NCBI RefSeq assembly: GCF_004010195.1
Contig: NC_057719.1
Location: 93,948,659 to 94,012,658 of the forward strand
Direction of reading: 5' to 3'
Length of the DNA: 64,000 nt
Origin: Chiloscyllium plagiosum
Lineage: Eukaryota
The notes below the pieces were generated by a model, which was not told the origin of the DNA, made no database searches, and worked only from the letters and a program-made list of their open reading frames with translations. Below, piece after piece: positions 51,051-63,460 of this stretch (positions within the stretch are counted from its first letter, which is position 1; every line of letters starts with the position of its first letter). The position numbers and the translations under genes were made by a program.

Positions 51051-51818
51051 TGTTCTTATACCAGACTGCAATATTTATTATTCTAATTTATTGTTCTAAT
51101 TTTAATGGATTGCCCATAATTAGATTTGACCTTGGTGTTGTAGGAAACATTTCCAATCGTCGTGGAGAGATAAGCGTTTTATGAGCAACTCTTCTGTTGT
51201 AGTGATAGAATTTCTGTCTCTGAGAGAAAAGGCGTGAGTTCAAATCCCCACTGATAACATTCAACGTTCCCCTCCCCTCTGCTCCACGACAACTTATCTG
51301 TCGACTCTCTTTGGTGTGAAAGTGAAGATACATTCTTTCGACTCATGCGCTGGCGCAAGATCCCTGGAAGTTCCCCAAAAACAAAGGTTACATTCAAACT
51401 GTTCTGCACTCTTTACGATTGGTATGTTCCAATCAAATTTAATTTTAAAATGTCTTAAATTTACATTTCCAAATGGTGCAATGTGTCAGTTTAAAACTGA
51501 CATGAATTTTGTAAGAATGTCCAATCGGGGGAATCAAGAACACCAAGTTCAAAACTCGTGGTCTACCCTTGACATAAAATGGGCATTGTCAGATTTTGTA
51601 ACAGAGGGATTTAAGATGGATAAGGTACTTGGCGGAATCCTGCAATGAGTGAGCTTTACTCTGTCTCTGAACCAGTGTGTATCTGAGCAGGGAACATTAA
51701 CTGCACAAGACACTCGTCCTCGACCTGTTAATAATCCACTTTAATTACACAGATGGAATGTAAGTCAGAGTGAGAAACAATTAATTCAATATTTAACTCA
51801 ATTGGAGGAAAGAAAACT

Positions 51819-51824
51819 TTTATT
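51819..51824 (-). promoter_or_regulatory. Polyadenylation signal of secretory IgM transcript
   Basis: AATAAA on the minus strand about 36 nt after the tailpiece stop. Confidence 0.7.
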
Positions 51825-51860
51825 ACTTCTGTTGAATTATTAAATGCAACTTTGAGATTT

Positions 51861-52252
51861 TCATTGAAATGAATTAACAATGTCCATCAGTGCAAGTGAA
51901 ATGTTTACGAAACTCGGTTTACCGCTGGATTTATCGACTGTACTGTTGATGATCTTCAATGGAATCGCTTCATGTCCCACCACACAGAAGTAAGAAGCAC
52001 CGCTGGCCCACTCCTCCGCTGTAATGGATAACAGGCTGTAGATGAAGAAGGAGGTGTTGTCACTCTCCGCCATCACCTCGGTGTTCTTGTAGTTACTGGG
52101 ATTCACCGGCTTGTCATTGTTTGTCCACTTGACGAAGATCGCTCGGGGGTAGAAACCTCTCACTAAACAGGTGAGGGAGAGAAACCTCTGAGCGGAGATT
52201 TCTTCTGTTGGTGGCAGGAGGACCGACACTGATGGCTCCAGCGGATTAATCA
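51861..52252 (-). CDS. IGHM: IgM CH4 exon plus secretory tailpiece (frame intact, part of pseudogene)
   Basis: Acceptor ttctgcag. Reads [109 protein letters not shown]|[20 protein letters not shown]. Internal donor AGCG/GTAAAC at 51923/51922 serves the membrane form. Confidence 0.95.
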
Positions 52253-52709
52253 CTGCAGAATATTGGAGACAAATAGAAATCAACCAAAAAAAATCCTGAA
52301 CCAATATCACAATTTCACTAAATATTAAAATACACCATGTTTAATTTGGGATTTGTTCACTTTCATTTTCTAAAGGAGCAGAATGTTCCCCTTTTTCTTC
52401 AGTAAAAAAATGTAAAGTTTAATGTGAAAGTTGCCTCCATGTCTCCAGCCCACAACAAGGGCATTCTGTCCAATTGTCATTGCTGATGGTGACGTCACAA
52501 CCCAGACTTCTTCTCACCTTATCTGACTTAATCAGAATACAATATCCTTTGGTCCATCTTTTTCTTAAGCAGCTACTTAGCTGTCCTGCCTTCAGATGCA
52601 TCATTAATGCTCCCAACGGTGTTTGTTCATTACCAATCAAAGCCTGCCATTGATGTAACTGGATCTGGATTACACATGGGACCCTGTGTGCTTTAATCTC
52701 ACCGCTCAC

Positions 52710-53007
52710 CTTTCTCCTTGTGGATGGAGTCGGCAGATTCTGATTTTTACACCACACATTCAAAAGTAACGCCACTCAGCCAGGCTTCAGTGGAAATGTC
52801 TAATTTGCTGATCACGCTGTCGGGATTCTGTCCAGGCTGCTCAGCAATCTCTGATTTCAGAGGTTTCCTTTCTTGTTTCCAGGTCACGTTAACTCCAGAA
52901 GGAAGACTGGACACAACGCAGGTTAACGTCACCGTCACCTCCAGTAAGACTTGTTCTACTGGCGGGTGGGAGGATTTTAACGGTGTTAGGGTGGCACTTG
53001 GTATCTT
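52710..53007 (-). pseudogene. IGHM: IgM CH3 exon (frameshifted, premature stop)
   Basis: Acceptor tttcatag, donor AAAG/gtgagc. Reads [15 protein letters not shown]-(+1 frameshift)[71 protein letters not shown], then a disrupted NQNLPT..DSIHKEK. Confidence 0.92.
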
Positions 53008-53192
53008 CTATGAAACAAAACTCAAAGTCAATGAAAAATGACCCTTTATGATTCACGCAGGTTAACGTCACCGTCACCTCCAGTAAGACTTGTTCTACTG
53101 GCGGGTGGGAGGATTTTAACGGTGTTAGGTGGCACTCGGTATCTTCTATGAAACAAAACTCAAAGTCAATGAAAAATGACCCTTTATGATTC
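52916..53192. repeat. Direct tandem duplication (139 bp + 138 bp) of the CH3 splice acceptor and 5' exon part
   Basis: 52916-53054 and 53055-53192 are near-identical, differing by one substitution and one 1-nt deletion. Confidence 0.95.
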
Positions 53193-54344
53193 AAACACCC
53201 AATTTTCAGATTACTTCTTCACTGGGTAAAGACACCACCTTCAAAATGGCAACTCGAACCATTGCTGAAACGATGCTTACTATTGTTGATGTATTTTGAT
53301 TTGTGAAACATTTGTGATTACCTATAACATACCCTATTTAATTATTCCGAAAGACCACTGGCTTTGTAACAAGTGAAACCTGGGAAAAAAAGTAAAATCA
53401 TCGAAGATACCATCATGTAACCTTTCTTTCAGAGTCTGTCTCTCACTTAAGACCATCTATTGATACTTGTGACAAGAGTAACATGAATATAATGAGTTCA
53501 TTTCCATGTTCATAACCCTTAGGTGCAAATGCTGCTGGTCACGCTGACTGCCAAATCACATCCCAAATTTTGGACAAATTATAATAAACAATAATAATTC
53601 TCTTTGCAGAGTCCTAAAGGATTACAGGAGCGGTGAACAGCCATGGAAATTCTGTCCATTATATTTAATGATCAAAAATACTTTGCGTTATTGGTGTGAT
53701 GTCATTCTCTAATTTATGTAATTGTTCCTCGTGGGCTGTGTTTTGAGTAGATCTGAAAACAAGACATTGAGTACAGCATTGGATAACGAGAAGGACACCC
53801 ATCTCCTTAAGTCTTTCCCTCCATTCAGTTAGTTCATGACTGGTCTGTACTTTCACTATATTTGCCAAGCTGCATTTTAAAATTTCTTCATAAAGCAGGG
53901 GAGAAAACCAAACAAACAAAAGCGTCTTAAGTTAATCTACAAACGCGATGGAAATGTGCACTAATTTTACAGTGCACTCACTGTGTAAACATCACCACCC
54001 GAAACCAGTCTAAATCAGCCTGTCTCGAGTTCCTCGTTCATTCATCCCTATTGTAGCGTTCTTCCCAGAATTTATTCTCCTGAATCATCCACTAATTACA
54101 GAGAGCATTTTAAAGAACTCAGTGAGATCACGTTTATCCCAGTTCATCAAATGTGATACCCACTTGGTCTGTGGTCTGATCCCATAAATGAAGTTAAAGA
54201 GCTCAGTACCAGATAAAAATCGATGTCGTACAATGTCCAAGGCCAACAGTTCATTCCTGAGCAGGGAATGAAGCATTGAACACATTTTGATTTATTTTCA
54301 AGTAAGGGTCGCTGCATATTTTAACCACGTCATTTTGAGATGAC

Positions 54345-54765
54345 AACATCATAAGATAGAGGATCAGATTCAGGCTGTTCAGCCAATCCAGAGTTTAGAT
54401 CAGAATGATGCTGGAAAAACACAGCAGGTCAGGCAGCATCCGACGAGCAGGAAAATCGACGTTTCGGGCTAAAGCCATTCTACTGTCTTCTCCCCGTACC
54501 AAACAAGAGCCGATCTATCTCTGGCTTGAATACACACAATGGCCTGGCCTCCACAGCCGGCTGCAGCAACAAGTTCCACATCCTCATCACCGTCTGGCTG
54601 AAGAAATTCCTCCCCATCTCAGTTCTAAACGGTGCTCCTTTGACCCCGAGACTGTGCCCTTGGATCCTCGTCTCGCCTACCAATCAAAACATCTATTCCG
54701 TGTTCACTCGATCTCAGTCTCTCAGTATTTTCTATGTTTCAATCAGATATCTATCCAATATCTCC
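54345..54765 (-). mobile_element. CR1-like 3' end with a Penelope-type terminal fragment (about 54392-54480) in the CH2-CH3 intron
   Basis: VGETRIQGHSLGVKGAPFRTEMGRNFFSQTVMRMWNLL; embedded GCTGGAAAAACACAGCAGGTCAGGCAGCATCC..CGACGTTTCGGGC. Confidence 0.72.
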
Positions 54766-55094
54766 CCTCCACCCCCAAACCTATCCTTGAAGCGGCTACC
54801 AGGCAAGGGTTCAGCACTCTGAATGCCTTTCCCAGCATGGTCAGGCAACAAACTACTTAACAAAGCTCATTGTCTATATATCTATCTTCAACAGAGAGGA
54901 AACATGCTTTTCTGACTTGCCAAAAGGTTGAGTCATGAGCAATGCGAATGTAACACTTAAACTGAAATGAGATACGTGGCATTTTGGGAAATGAGAAGCT
55001 GTACTGTGCTGTTTACTACGCCTGATAAATTAGTGTGTTTGATTCACATCAGAGTTCACAATGATTTGTAGCTCTCTTAGTTTGTGTCTCTTAC

Positions 55095-55401
55095 CGTGGA
55101 GTGCGGTGATGTTTTTACTTTGAATGTTCTCGCCATGAGTGACCTGGCAGGTATAGACCGCGCTGTTGAACCATTCACCATAAGGGACCATCAGTCGACT
55201 CGTCACCGAGAAGTTCCCGTTTGCCTCACACACGGGAGATGTGAAGAAGCCAGAATCCAAGGGTCGGCCATTTTTTAACCAAATCACGGAGATTGACTTC
55301 GGATGGAAATCGATGATTGAACAGACGACGGTTGCAAACTTGCTGCTTGCGATTTCTGGAGCTCACAGTTCGGAGAAGAGTTGGTTGGAGAATACCTGGA
55401 T
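55095..55401 (-). pseudogene. IGHM: IgM CH2 exon (frameshifted)
   Basis: Acceptor ccgaaag, donor CACG/gtaaga. Reads [15 protein letters not shown]-(frameshift near 55357)[87 protein letters not shown]. Confidence 0.93.
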
Positions 55402-55599
55402 CTTTCGGAAACACATCGCATAAATTATCTGACGAATTTCAGAACAAATTCAATCAGTTCTCAAATATTAAGGTTTCTTGTGGTTAATGGATATAACAAT
55501 CATAATTGTGCAAAGTGCTGGAGAAGCTGGGATCCACACAGAAACATCAGCAGGACAATGTGAAAGGGTAAAATTATAGGATACAGCAAGGGAGTCAAG

Positions 55600-58390
55600 G
55601 AGGCAGAGAAACTATAGGCTGGTTATATCAGAAGGGAGATGCAACGTTGGATGGTATTCGTTTTAAAAACAGAGTCTGATGAACAAGGCAGAAATTACCA
55701 GCATAAATGAGGAAATGATGCGGTTGCTATCACGGAGACATATTGAGAGCGGAGCAGGAGTGGCTATTCAATATTCCAGGATTTAGTGCCTTCAGGCGAG
55801 ACAGGGAAAGATGGAAAAGGATGGGGCCGGGGGTGTGCCGTACAAAATGTTGCGTCTGTCGCAATTCTGACAAGAGTATGTTAGGCTGTAAAGAGAAATG
55901 AAATCATGGATATCTCCTCGAACAAAGGCAAATGGACAGTACTTCAAAACCAAAATACAGCAAACATTACAACTGGGAGAGCACGATAGATCTTACTATA
56001 TTGTCCAAAAGACCAAATGCAAATACATGGGCAAATTTCAGTGACACGTAAATTAAATAGGGGAATGAGAAAAGAGGTTTTTAATTTCATCAGCATCGGC
56101 TTGGATATTCATGTTGTCAAAAATTTAGAGGGAGCACAATTCAGAAAATGCCCCCAGGAGAATATTTTAACAAAGTATGTGTTTAATACTGAGAATTTTA
56201 ATCTAGACCTTGCAAGAGAGGGGTGAACCTTAGGGAATGAAATCGACCCAGTGGGTAAAACATCAATGGTGGAGCACTTTGGAGACAGTGATCGTAAATC
56301 AGTTGGATTTCAGATTGTACTGCAAAGGAATAGAAATTGGCCCCAAGTTCTGAAAAGGGGAAGGGTAATTTTAGTAAGATCAGGCAATGACTTGACCAGA
56401 GTGGACTGGAAGCTGACACTTCTTGGTAAATCTGAGTCAGAGCAGTGTGACACATTTAAGAAAGAGATAGGAAATTCACAGGGAGGACATTTCCCAGGAA
56501 GTCACTGCGTGGGACCAAGAATGCAGCGGGCTCTGGACACCAAAGGGCATGGAGGGTTAGATAAAGAGAAACAAGGGAGGCTTTCGGTCTATACTGAAAT
56601 CTCAAAACAATAGAAATTAGTATGGAGTACAGAACGTGCAAGGGGGAGTTTGAAAGACAAAAGAATTAGAAGAGCAAAAGGGACCATGAGAAAATAATAG
56701 CAGTCAAAATAAAGGAAAATATTTTTAAAAGTTACAGGTTCATTCATAATAAAAGAATTATTCGGGAAACAGTAATGCCCATTAAGTGTTATTATTGGAG
56801 TGGAACCGGAGGATTAGGTTGTGGTCGAAACGAATGTGTTGTGTCAGTGTTCACTAGTAAGACGGACAATGTGGGGACAGAAATCATGGAGGAGTGTTGT
56901 GATGTACTTCCAGAAATTAGGACACATGACGTGATGTTCTGTGTTGCCTTGCTGGATGAAAAGTGGTTATATTTCCTGGGCAGATTGAAAGTATACCAAG
57001 CTGTTGAGCGATGCAAAGGATGAAATAATTGGGTCACTGACAATAATTTAGTATTACTGTCTGGCCACAGCAGTTGTGTCAAGTGAGTGTAGATCAGCCA
57101 ACGTTGCAATGTTATGCAGGACGAAGGAAGGGATAAACAATGAAACCACAGATCTGTCAAGCTAGTCTTAGTGGTAGGGAAAATATTGAGAAGCGGAATT
57201 TGGAAGATCAATCAACAATTGATTGAGAAGAAGTCATGTCTAATAATTTGATGGCAGTTTTCAGAGAGATAACTCGATGTCCAGATGATAGCAATAATTA
57301 GAGCCAATGGGATCCGAGTTAATTTGACAGAATGGATCCAGAACTGGCTGAGTGATGGAAGCAGGGGATAATGGTCAGAGGTTGTCTGCGTGACTGGAAA
57401 TCTATGTCTCGTTGTGTTCTGCAGGTATTGATGTTGATTTCCTTGCTATTTCTTTTATATACCAATGATTGAAACTCCGATGTAGGAAGGTTAACCAGTA
57501 AATTCACAGATGAAAGGAAAATTGTCGTGTTGGTAAGTCATGACCATAATAGCTTTAGTTTGCAGGAGGATATACAAGGGTTGGTTATATGTGAAGAGAA
57601 GTTGCAAATGGAAATCGTTCTGGATAAATGTAAGATGATGTAATTTGGCAGAAGGAAACTGCGAGGTATTACGTTTTGAATGGTGGAACCCTGGAAAGGA
57701 CGGACGATCTTTGGTGTACGTATGCACCGATCTCCTGTAGTACTGTGTATTCTGGATAAAGAGGCTAAGACGGTGTGGAGGATATTTGCTTTTATTAGCC
57801 AAGATATTGACAATGAAGTGTGGGGAGATGATACTGGAACTTAATTAAACACTGGTTAGGCCATACTGAAGCGTTGTGTGCATGTTATTGAAGGGATGTG
57901 ATTACAATGAAGACAGCATTGATGAGATTCGCCAGGATTTTGCCTGCGTTAGAGGGGTTTAGTTATGAACTAGATTAGATAGACGGGGGACGGGGAGTTC
58001 TTTGGAGTAGAGAAGAATTAGGGAGCAGATGGTTGTGATGTCGATGCCAAAATTAATTCCACACAGGGTAAACTGGATGAAACCTTTCCCCTTGAAGGAG
58101 AGATCAATGCCTCAGGGGCACAGGGTGAAGGTAAGGCCAGGAGGTTTAGGAGGATCTCAGGGAAATACAAAATCAAACAGAGGGTGGTGTGAGTCTGGAG
58201 CTCAGTGCCAATAAGTCATGTACAGACTGAGCTGCTCATAATAAGTATGAAGCATTTAGGTGCATACTTGCAAAGGCAAGTCACATCAGGCACTGGATCA
58301 AATGCCGCCCCATGAGACTGGAATAGTTAGGTGGCTGTTATTTATAGACGTGGACTAGATGTACCAAAGTGCTTTTTCCTGTGCTGTATA
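55600..58390 (+). mobile_element. Old CR1 LINE filling most of the CH1-CH2 intron
   Basis: Remnants AVAITET, VEHFGDSDRKSVGF, VSVFTSK, WIQNWL..QGIMVRG and PQGHRVKVR. Confidence 0.75.
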
Positions 58391-58477
58391 AGGTGATTAT
58401 TTGAAAACTGTTATAAATAATGACTTATTCATGTTAATCCGAGATGGTCTGTTTATCTCAGTTCACACAACATGTAC

Positions 58478-58781
58478 CTGGACATGGCCCTTCTTTGGTC
58501 TTGTGTGACCCGCTGTGTTGAAACTCACAGTAGATTTTGCTAGGGCAACCTACCGCTGACTCGGGCAGGGTTAACTGGCTGCTCAGGGTGTAGGTTCCCT
58601 TCTTGTTTCTCACTGATGGTTAAGTCTTCAATCCAGTCGTGATCAGCTCCCCACCTTTCTTCCAGGTTACCTTGGTGACATCAGGTGAATATTCTATTGC
58701 CAAACAACCAAAGATCAGAACCGGTGTTGTGCTCCTGACAGGAGGAGACCAGGCCATAAAGCGAGGGGGGAGACGGTGTCT
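58478..58781 (-). pseudogene. IGHM: IgM CH1 exon (disrupted)
   Basis: Acceptor ttgtag, donor CCAG/gtacat. Reads [21 protein letters not shown]-(frameshift near 58716)[78 protein letters not shown]. In-frame TAA at 58620-58622 replaces the usual Tyr. Confidence 0.93.
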
Positions 58782-59124
58782 CTACAATAGAATGACCAAT
58801 TGAGCATGTTAGTTTCTGTTAATTTGACCTTGTCAGTTGCTGAAATGTATTCTCAGATGTAAATGTTTGACAGTATGCTCCCGCTGAAGTCGACAGCATA
58901 ACTGGAGTTTGTTTTTGTTTCCTACCAGTTGCTGATCATGATCATTGGTTCCCTTTTCAGAAACATGCCCTCGACCTTGAACATTACCATGTAGTTTAGG
59001 AAGAAGAACATCCTGATACCACCCCAGTAACTGTTTGAAGATCTCACCAACTGACACTTTCACTGGATTGCAAGTGAAGAGCAGAGAGGTTTCACAAAAT
59101 ACAAACCAAGGAAATGCAGATTCA

Positions 59125-59430
59125 TCGAAATTCTACAGTGTGTGCAAAAAGGCCATTTGGCTCAACAAGTCCACACCCACCCTTTGAAAGTTAACGGATT
59201 CAGACCAATTCCCCTACACTATTACTCTACATTTACCCCTGACTAATGCACATAACCTCCCAATCCCTGAACACAATATTTGCAATTCCCCCAGCTTACA
59301 TATCTTTGGACAGTGCGAGGAAACGCACACAGACATGGGGAGCAAGTTCCAACTCCACACAGACAGTCACCCAAGGTTGGAATCGAACCCGAGCCCCTAG
59401 TACTGTGAGGCAGCAGCGCTAACCACGGAA
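59125..59430 (-). mobile_element. HE1-like V-SINE
   Basis: Minus strand GTGGTTAGCGCTGCTGCCTCACAG..GGTTCGATTCC..TGTCTGTGTGGAGTT; homologous to 14965-15285. Confidence 0.82.
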
Positions 59431-59439
59431 CTTACAGAA

Positions 59440-62400
59440 TCACACTTAGTTCTGTGATTAGTTTTTCCCCTCTCCATGGCTATTTTAAAATTAAAAAATC
59501 GATGATCACTGGTCCCAAAGTATGAATTGACGGTCACCTCTCTCACCTCTCCTGACCTATTCCTTAAGAGTGCGTCAAGGTTTGCCCCTTCCTGGTTAGG
59601 ACCCTCTATATACTGCTTGAGGAAACTTTCCTGACGCATTTAATGGATTCTGTCCCATCAAATCCCTTAACGCTCTGCCAGTCCCAGTCTGTGTTATAAA
59701 AATTAAAACGCCTGTTATAACAACCCTACTGTTCCTGCAAGTATCTCCACTCTCTGTACATATTCTTGTTCCTCTAATTCCTGTTGACTATTTGGGGAAC
59801 TGCAGTACAACCAAATAATGTCACCATCCCCTTCTTATTTCTTAGTTCAACCCACAAGCCCTCCCTAGTTGATCCTTTTGTTATTTTATCTCTGATCATT
59901 GCTATGACACACCCCTTAATCAGAAAAGCAACTCCTCTCCCCTCCTTCCACCATTCCTTTCCCTCATAATGCACCTTTCCCTAGTACATTAAGCTGTCAG
60001 TTATATCCATCCCTCAACCATGTTTGTGTATTATCGATACTATCCCAGTCCGACGTATCTATCCATGCCCTGAGTTCATCGGCCTAATCTGTCAGCTCTT
60101 TGGAATTAAAATAAATGCAATTTAATCCAACAGGCATTCCTTGCTCTCTGTTGTGTTCAAGCCTGACCTGTCTCTTCAACGTACTATTTCTGTATCTCCT
60201 TCCAGCCTTTCACTTGCCTCCTTGCTCTTGAGGATACCACGTCCCCACCCACCATTCTTATTTAAACCCTCCCTTGTAGCACTAGTAAAGCTGGCTGCGA
60301 AGATATTTGTTCCCCCTCCCCATTGCTTGTGCGACCAATCCCTCTTGAGAAAGTCAACTTTGTCACAGAAAAGATCCCAATGATCTAAAATTCTGAATCC
60401 CTCCCCTTGCACCAATATTTTAGACAGGTATTTATATGCTCTTTCCTCGTATTCTTAACTTCACTAGCTCATGACACTGGAAGTAATCAGGAGATTACCA
60501 CTGTCGAGGTAATTATACATTGAAGAATTGATTGTCTGTTAAGCCTTTCATCTGTTAGAATACAGTGATAGTTTCACTTCTTTCATGTGTAAGCCACACA
60601 ACCTTTTTATTAAAGTTGCATTCTCGGGTTAGCTGTTAACAGTGGTGATAGCTAAACAATATGTTGAAGTTGTTAGCCCCCTGTGTTCTCTGTCTATGAC
60701 CTGATGTTTAGATTGATTCTAATCTAAAAAGTGAGATAACAGAGTTTTACATAAATTCATACAGTTTTTGAGCTCAGAGTTTTACATGAATTAGTGCAGT
60801 TTTTGAGCAAAGTACAATGTAACTCTGCAAGTACAAATTAACCCCACAAATATATGTGTTCATGAGGGTCTTTGTCTGTCTGTGTGTGTCTGTCTGTCTG
60901 TGGTGTGGGTTGTGAGTGTGAGAAAGTGTGTGTGTGTGTGTATGTGTGTATAGTGAGTGCAGAGTGTCTTAAGTCTGTGAGGGGGTGCATGTATGAATGT
61001 GAGAGTGTATGAGTCCATAAGGGTGTGTGTGGGTGTCTGTGTGCGCGTCTGTGTGTACCTGTGTCCGTGTGTATCTGAGAGTGTGTGTGTGTGTAGGAAT
61101 ATCTATGTGTGTTTGTGTAGTGCAATGATGATCATCTGTAATGTGGCATGAACGCGAGGTCCTAGTTGAGGCCCTCCTTATGGGTACCAAACTTAGCTAT
61201 CAGCCTCTGCTCGGGCACATTTCTCTGCTCCCTGTCCCGAAGTCCACCTTGGAGGATGGTCACCCGAAGGTACGAGGCTAAATGTCCCGGACCTTCTTTA
61301 TTCTTACCGGCTGTGCCCCAGAGCCAGTTGTGCTGGAAGTAACCTAACAACTGCTCTTTTCCCCTGAACAATCATTTCCCAACACCGCGCCCCCTCCGAA
61401 ATCAGTATCCAGAATGGTATACTTGTTTTCAAAGGGAATGGCCGCAGAGGAATTCTGGACACTCTGTCTACTCCCTTTGCCATTCCTGGTGGTCGTCCAT
61501 CAACTCACTGCCTGGAACACGACAGGGAGCAGGGAATGCCTTTTGGATTAAATTGTGTGTACTTAAATGCAACAGGGCGGACAGGTAAGGCTAACGAACT
61601 CAGGGACTGGATATTTACATGGGACTGCGATACGTCAATCATTACAGAAACATGGCTAAGGGAGGGATTTGGATGTGACCACCTCACGAATGTTCTTTTC
61701 TATTAAGTTCTCAGTGTGTCGGATGATCCTGAATGCGTCAATCTCCAGTTCCCAAATACGGACTCCGACGAGCTGCAGCTGTGTGCACGTCCCACATGTG
61801 TAGTCATCAGAGACAGTGGAAATCTCCGTGAGCTCCGACATCCCACAAGGGTAATATGTGACTGCCCTAACTAACATCTCAACTGCAGTAAGACTGGACT
61901 CATAGAGTCATAGAAATGTACAGCACGGAAACAGACCCTGAGTTCCAACTTGTCCATGCCAACCAGATAGCCCAACGAATTAAAAGAACTTTATTTGAGC
62001 TTGCCAGTACATTTGGCTGAACTGTTGCTTGCTATAGCCTCTCGAAGCAAAGTATTACTACCTACTCTGCTACTAAACGAATGTCTATCGACCACTGGAC
62101 ATTAAGGTTTGGTTATGGAAATGGGAGAACCACTACAGTGATGTTGTATTTGGGCCTTAAACACTCCTTCCGCCAGGCCCATGGCGATTTGTTCTTCAGT
62201 GCAAGTCACAGCTTGACCTTGGAGGGTGGCTGTCTGAGGTCTTCCTTCTGGTAGTGCTGACTGCGCAGATACAAATCTTCACCCCTCCAGTCAATCCGTG
62301 ATGTCACAGTCCTCTGGTACTTTATGTCTAATAGTACTGCATTTATGAATTCCTTGAATCTCTTGATTGCATTCCAAACTGTTTCTCTCTCCGGAGGGAG

Positions 62401-63460
62401 AGAGATTGATGTTCCAGTGAATACAGGCTGTTGGAAAAAGTTTAACATTAGACATAAGAATGACAGTATGCACATCCGCTCGCTGAGTCTGCTTTACCAT
62501 TCAATTGGAGTATATTTATTCTGATAATCTTGCATTTTCCTGCATTTTCCACACAACCGTTGTTTAAAAAAAACATGTCCAGTTCAGCCTTGAAGATTTT
62601 GTCGTCTAAACTCAACAGCCTGCACAATTTTCTACAATTGTTTCCCTCCCACTGATGTGAGACATTGTAGTTTTTAATCCCATGGCTTTTTTTCGAGCAC
62701 TCTGTGTGGAAGTTGAACCTACATTCGATGTCGTCCTGTTGAATCACACCACCTCTGTTGCCAGAGACAAAACAAAAAAAAAACAAAGTTAAAAGCCTGA
62801 AATCTGCTCCCTCATCTTCCACACGGTCTAAGATATAGTTCATCCAGGTCTTGGGATTTGCGCAATTTTCATCCTGCATCAACTTTCAATTCTTCTCAGC
62901 TTCTGTATCAATTTGCTCAAGGATCAAACTGTCAGGAACTGACAGTGAATCCAGGAGGTGCTTCTCCAAAGTGAAGACCAATATGTAGTACGTGTTTAAC
63001 ATATTCTCTGGTTCTGTGCACAGGCTGCCTCCTCGGTCCCTAATACTCCCTATTCTTTCTCTTGTTACCCTCTAACCCTTAATAAACCGATAAAATGTCT
63101 TTAGATTCTTTAAAGTATTGCCCGCTAATGTTTTTATCACCCCCTTTTTGCTCGTTTATTTATATAATTGAGTTTGGCCCTACACGATGTTTTCTCTTCT
63201 GGGTATTCCATTGATCTGCTCACTTTATTGCTCCTTTAAGCTTCTCTTTCATTTTTAATTCTGTTCTGAATATTTGTAGACAACCAAAGTTCTCTGGGAT
63301 TGTTTTCCTAAATTTTATCTTTGGCATAAGATGTCGCAGTGATACCCTCATCAATTCCATTTTGAGCATGTAATCCCCCCCCCCCCACCACTTAGATGCT
63401 GTTCTGCTACAGTTTCACCCAGACGTAACAGTACTGTGGCTAGACCCGATCCTTTTTTTT
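59440..63460 (+). repeat. Segmental duplication copy B, immediately 5' of Ig CH1 (presumed J-C intron)
   Basis: Colinear with 5705-9225 except that 60511-61293 replaces about 6799-7060 of copy A. Confidence 0.93.
60511..61293 (-). mobile_element. Penelope-like 3' fragment with (CA)n-rich tract
   Basis: LRVTILQGGLRDREQRNVPEQRLIAKFGTHKEGLN (GIY-YIG C-terminus), then a CA/TG-rich tract at about 60870-61120. Confidence 0.8.

Larger units (their letters stand above)
49150..58781 (-). pseudogene. IGHM: Immunoglobulin mu (IgM) heavy-chain constant region pseudogene of a shark-type IgH cluster (CH1-CH2-CH3-CH4/secretory-TM1-TM2)
   Basis: Four C1-set Ig exons and a membrane exon lie in the expected order with canonical AG/GT sites and phase-1 junctions. 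Translations match my recollection of shark C-mu. There are several frameshifts and premature stops. Confidence 0.95.

Noticed and set aside
56017-56024. Octamer ATGCAAAT in the CH1-CH2 intron
   Set aside because: It lies within a decayed LINE, and a single 8-mer is expected by chance.
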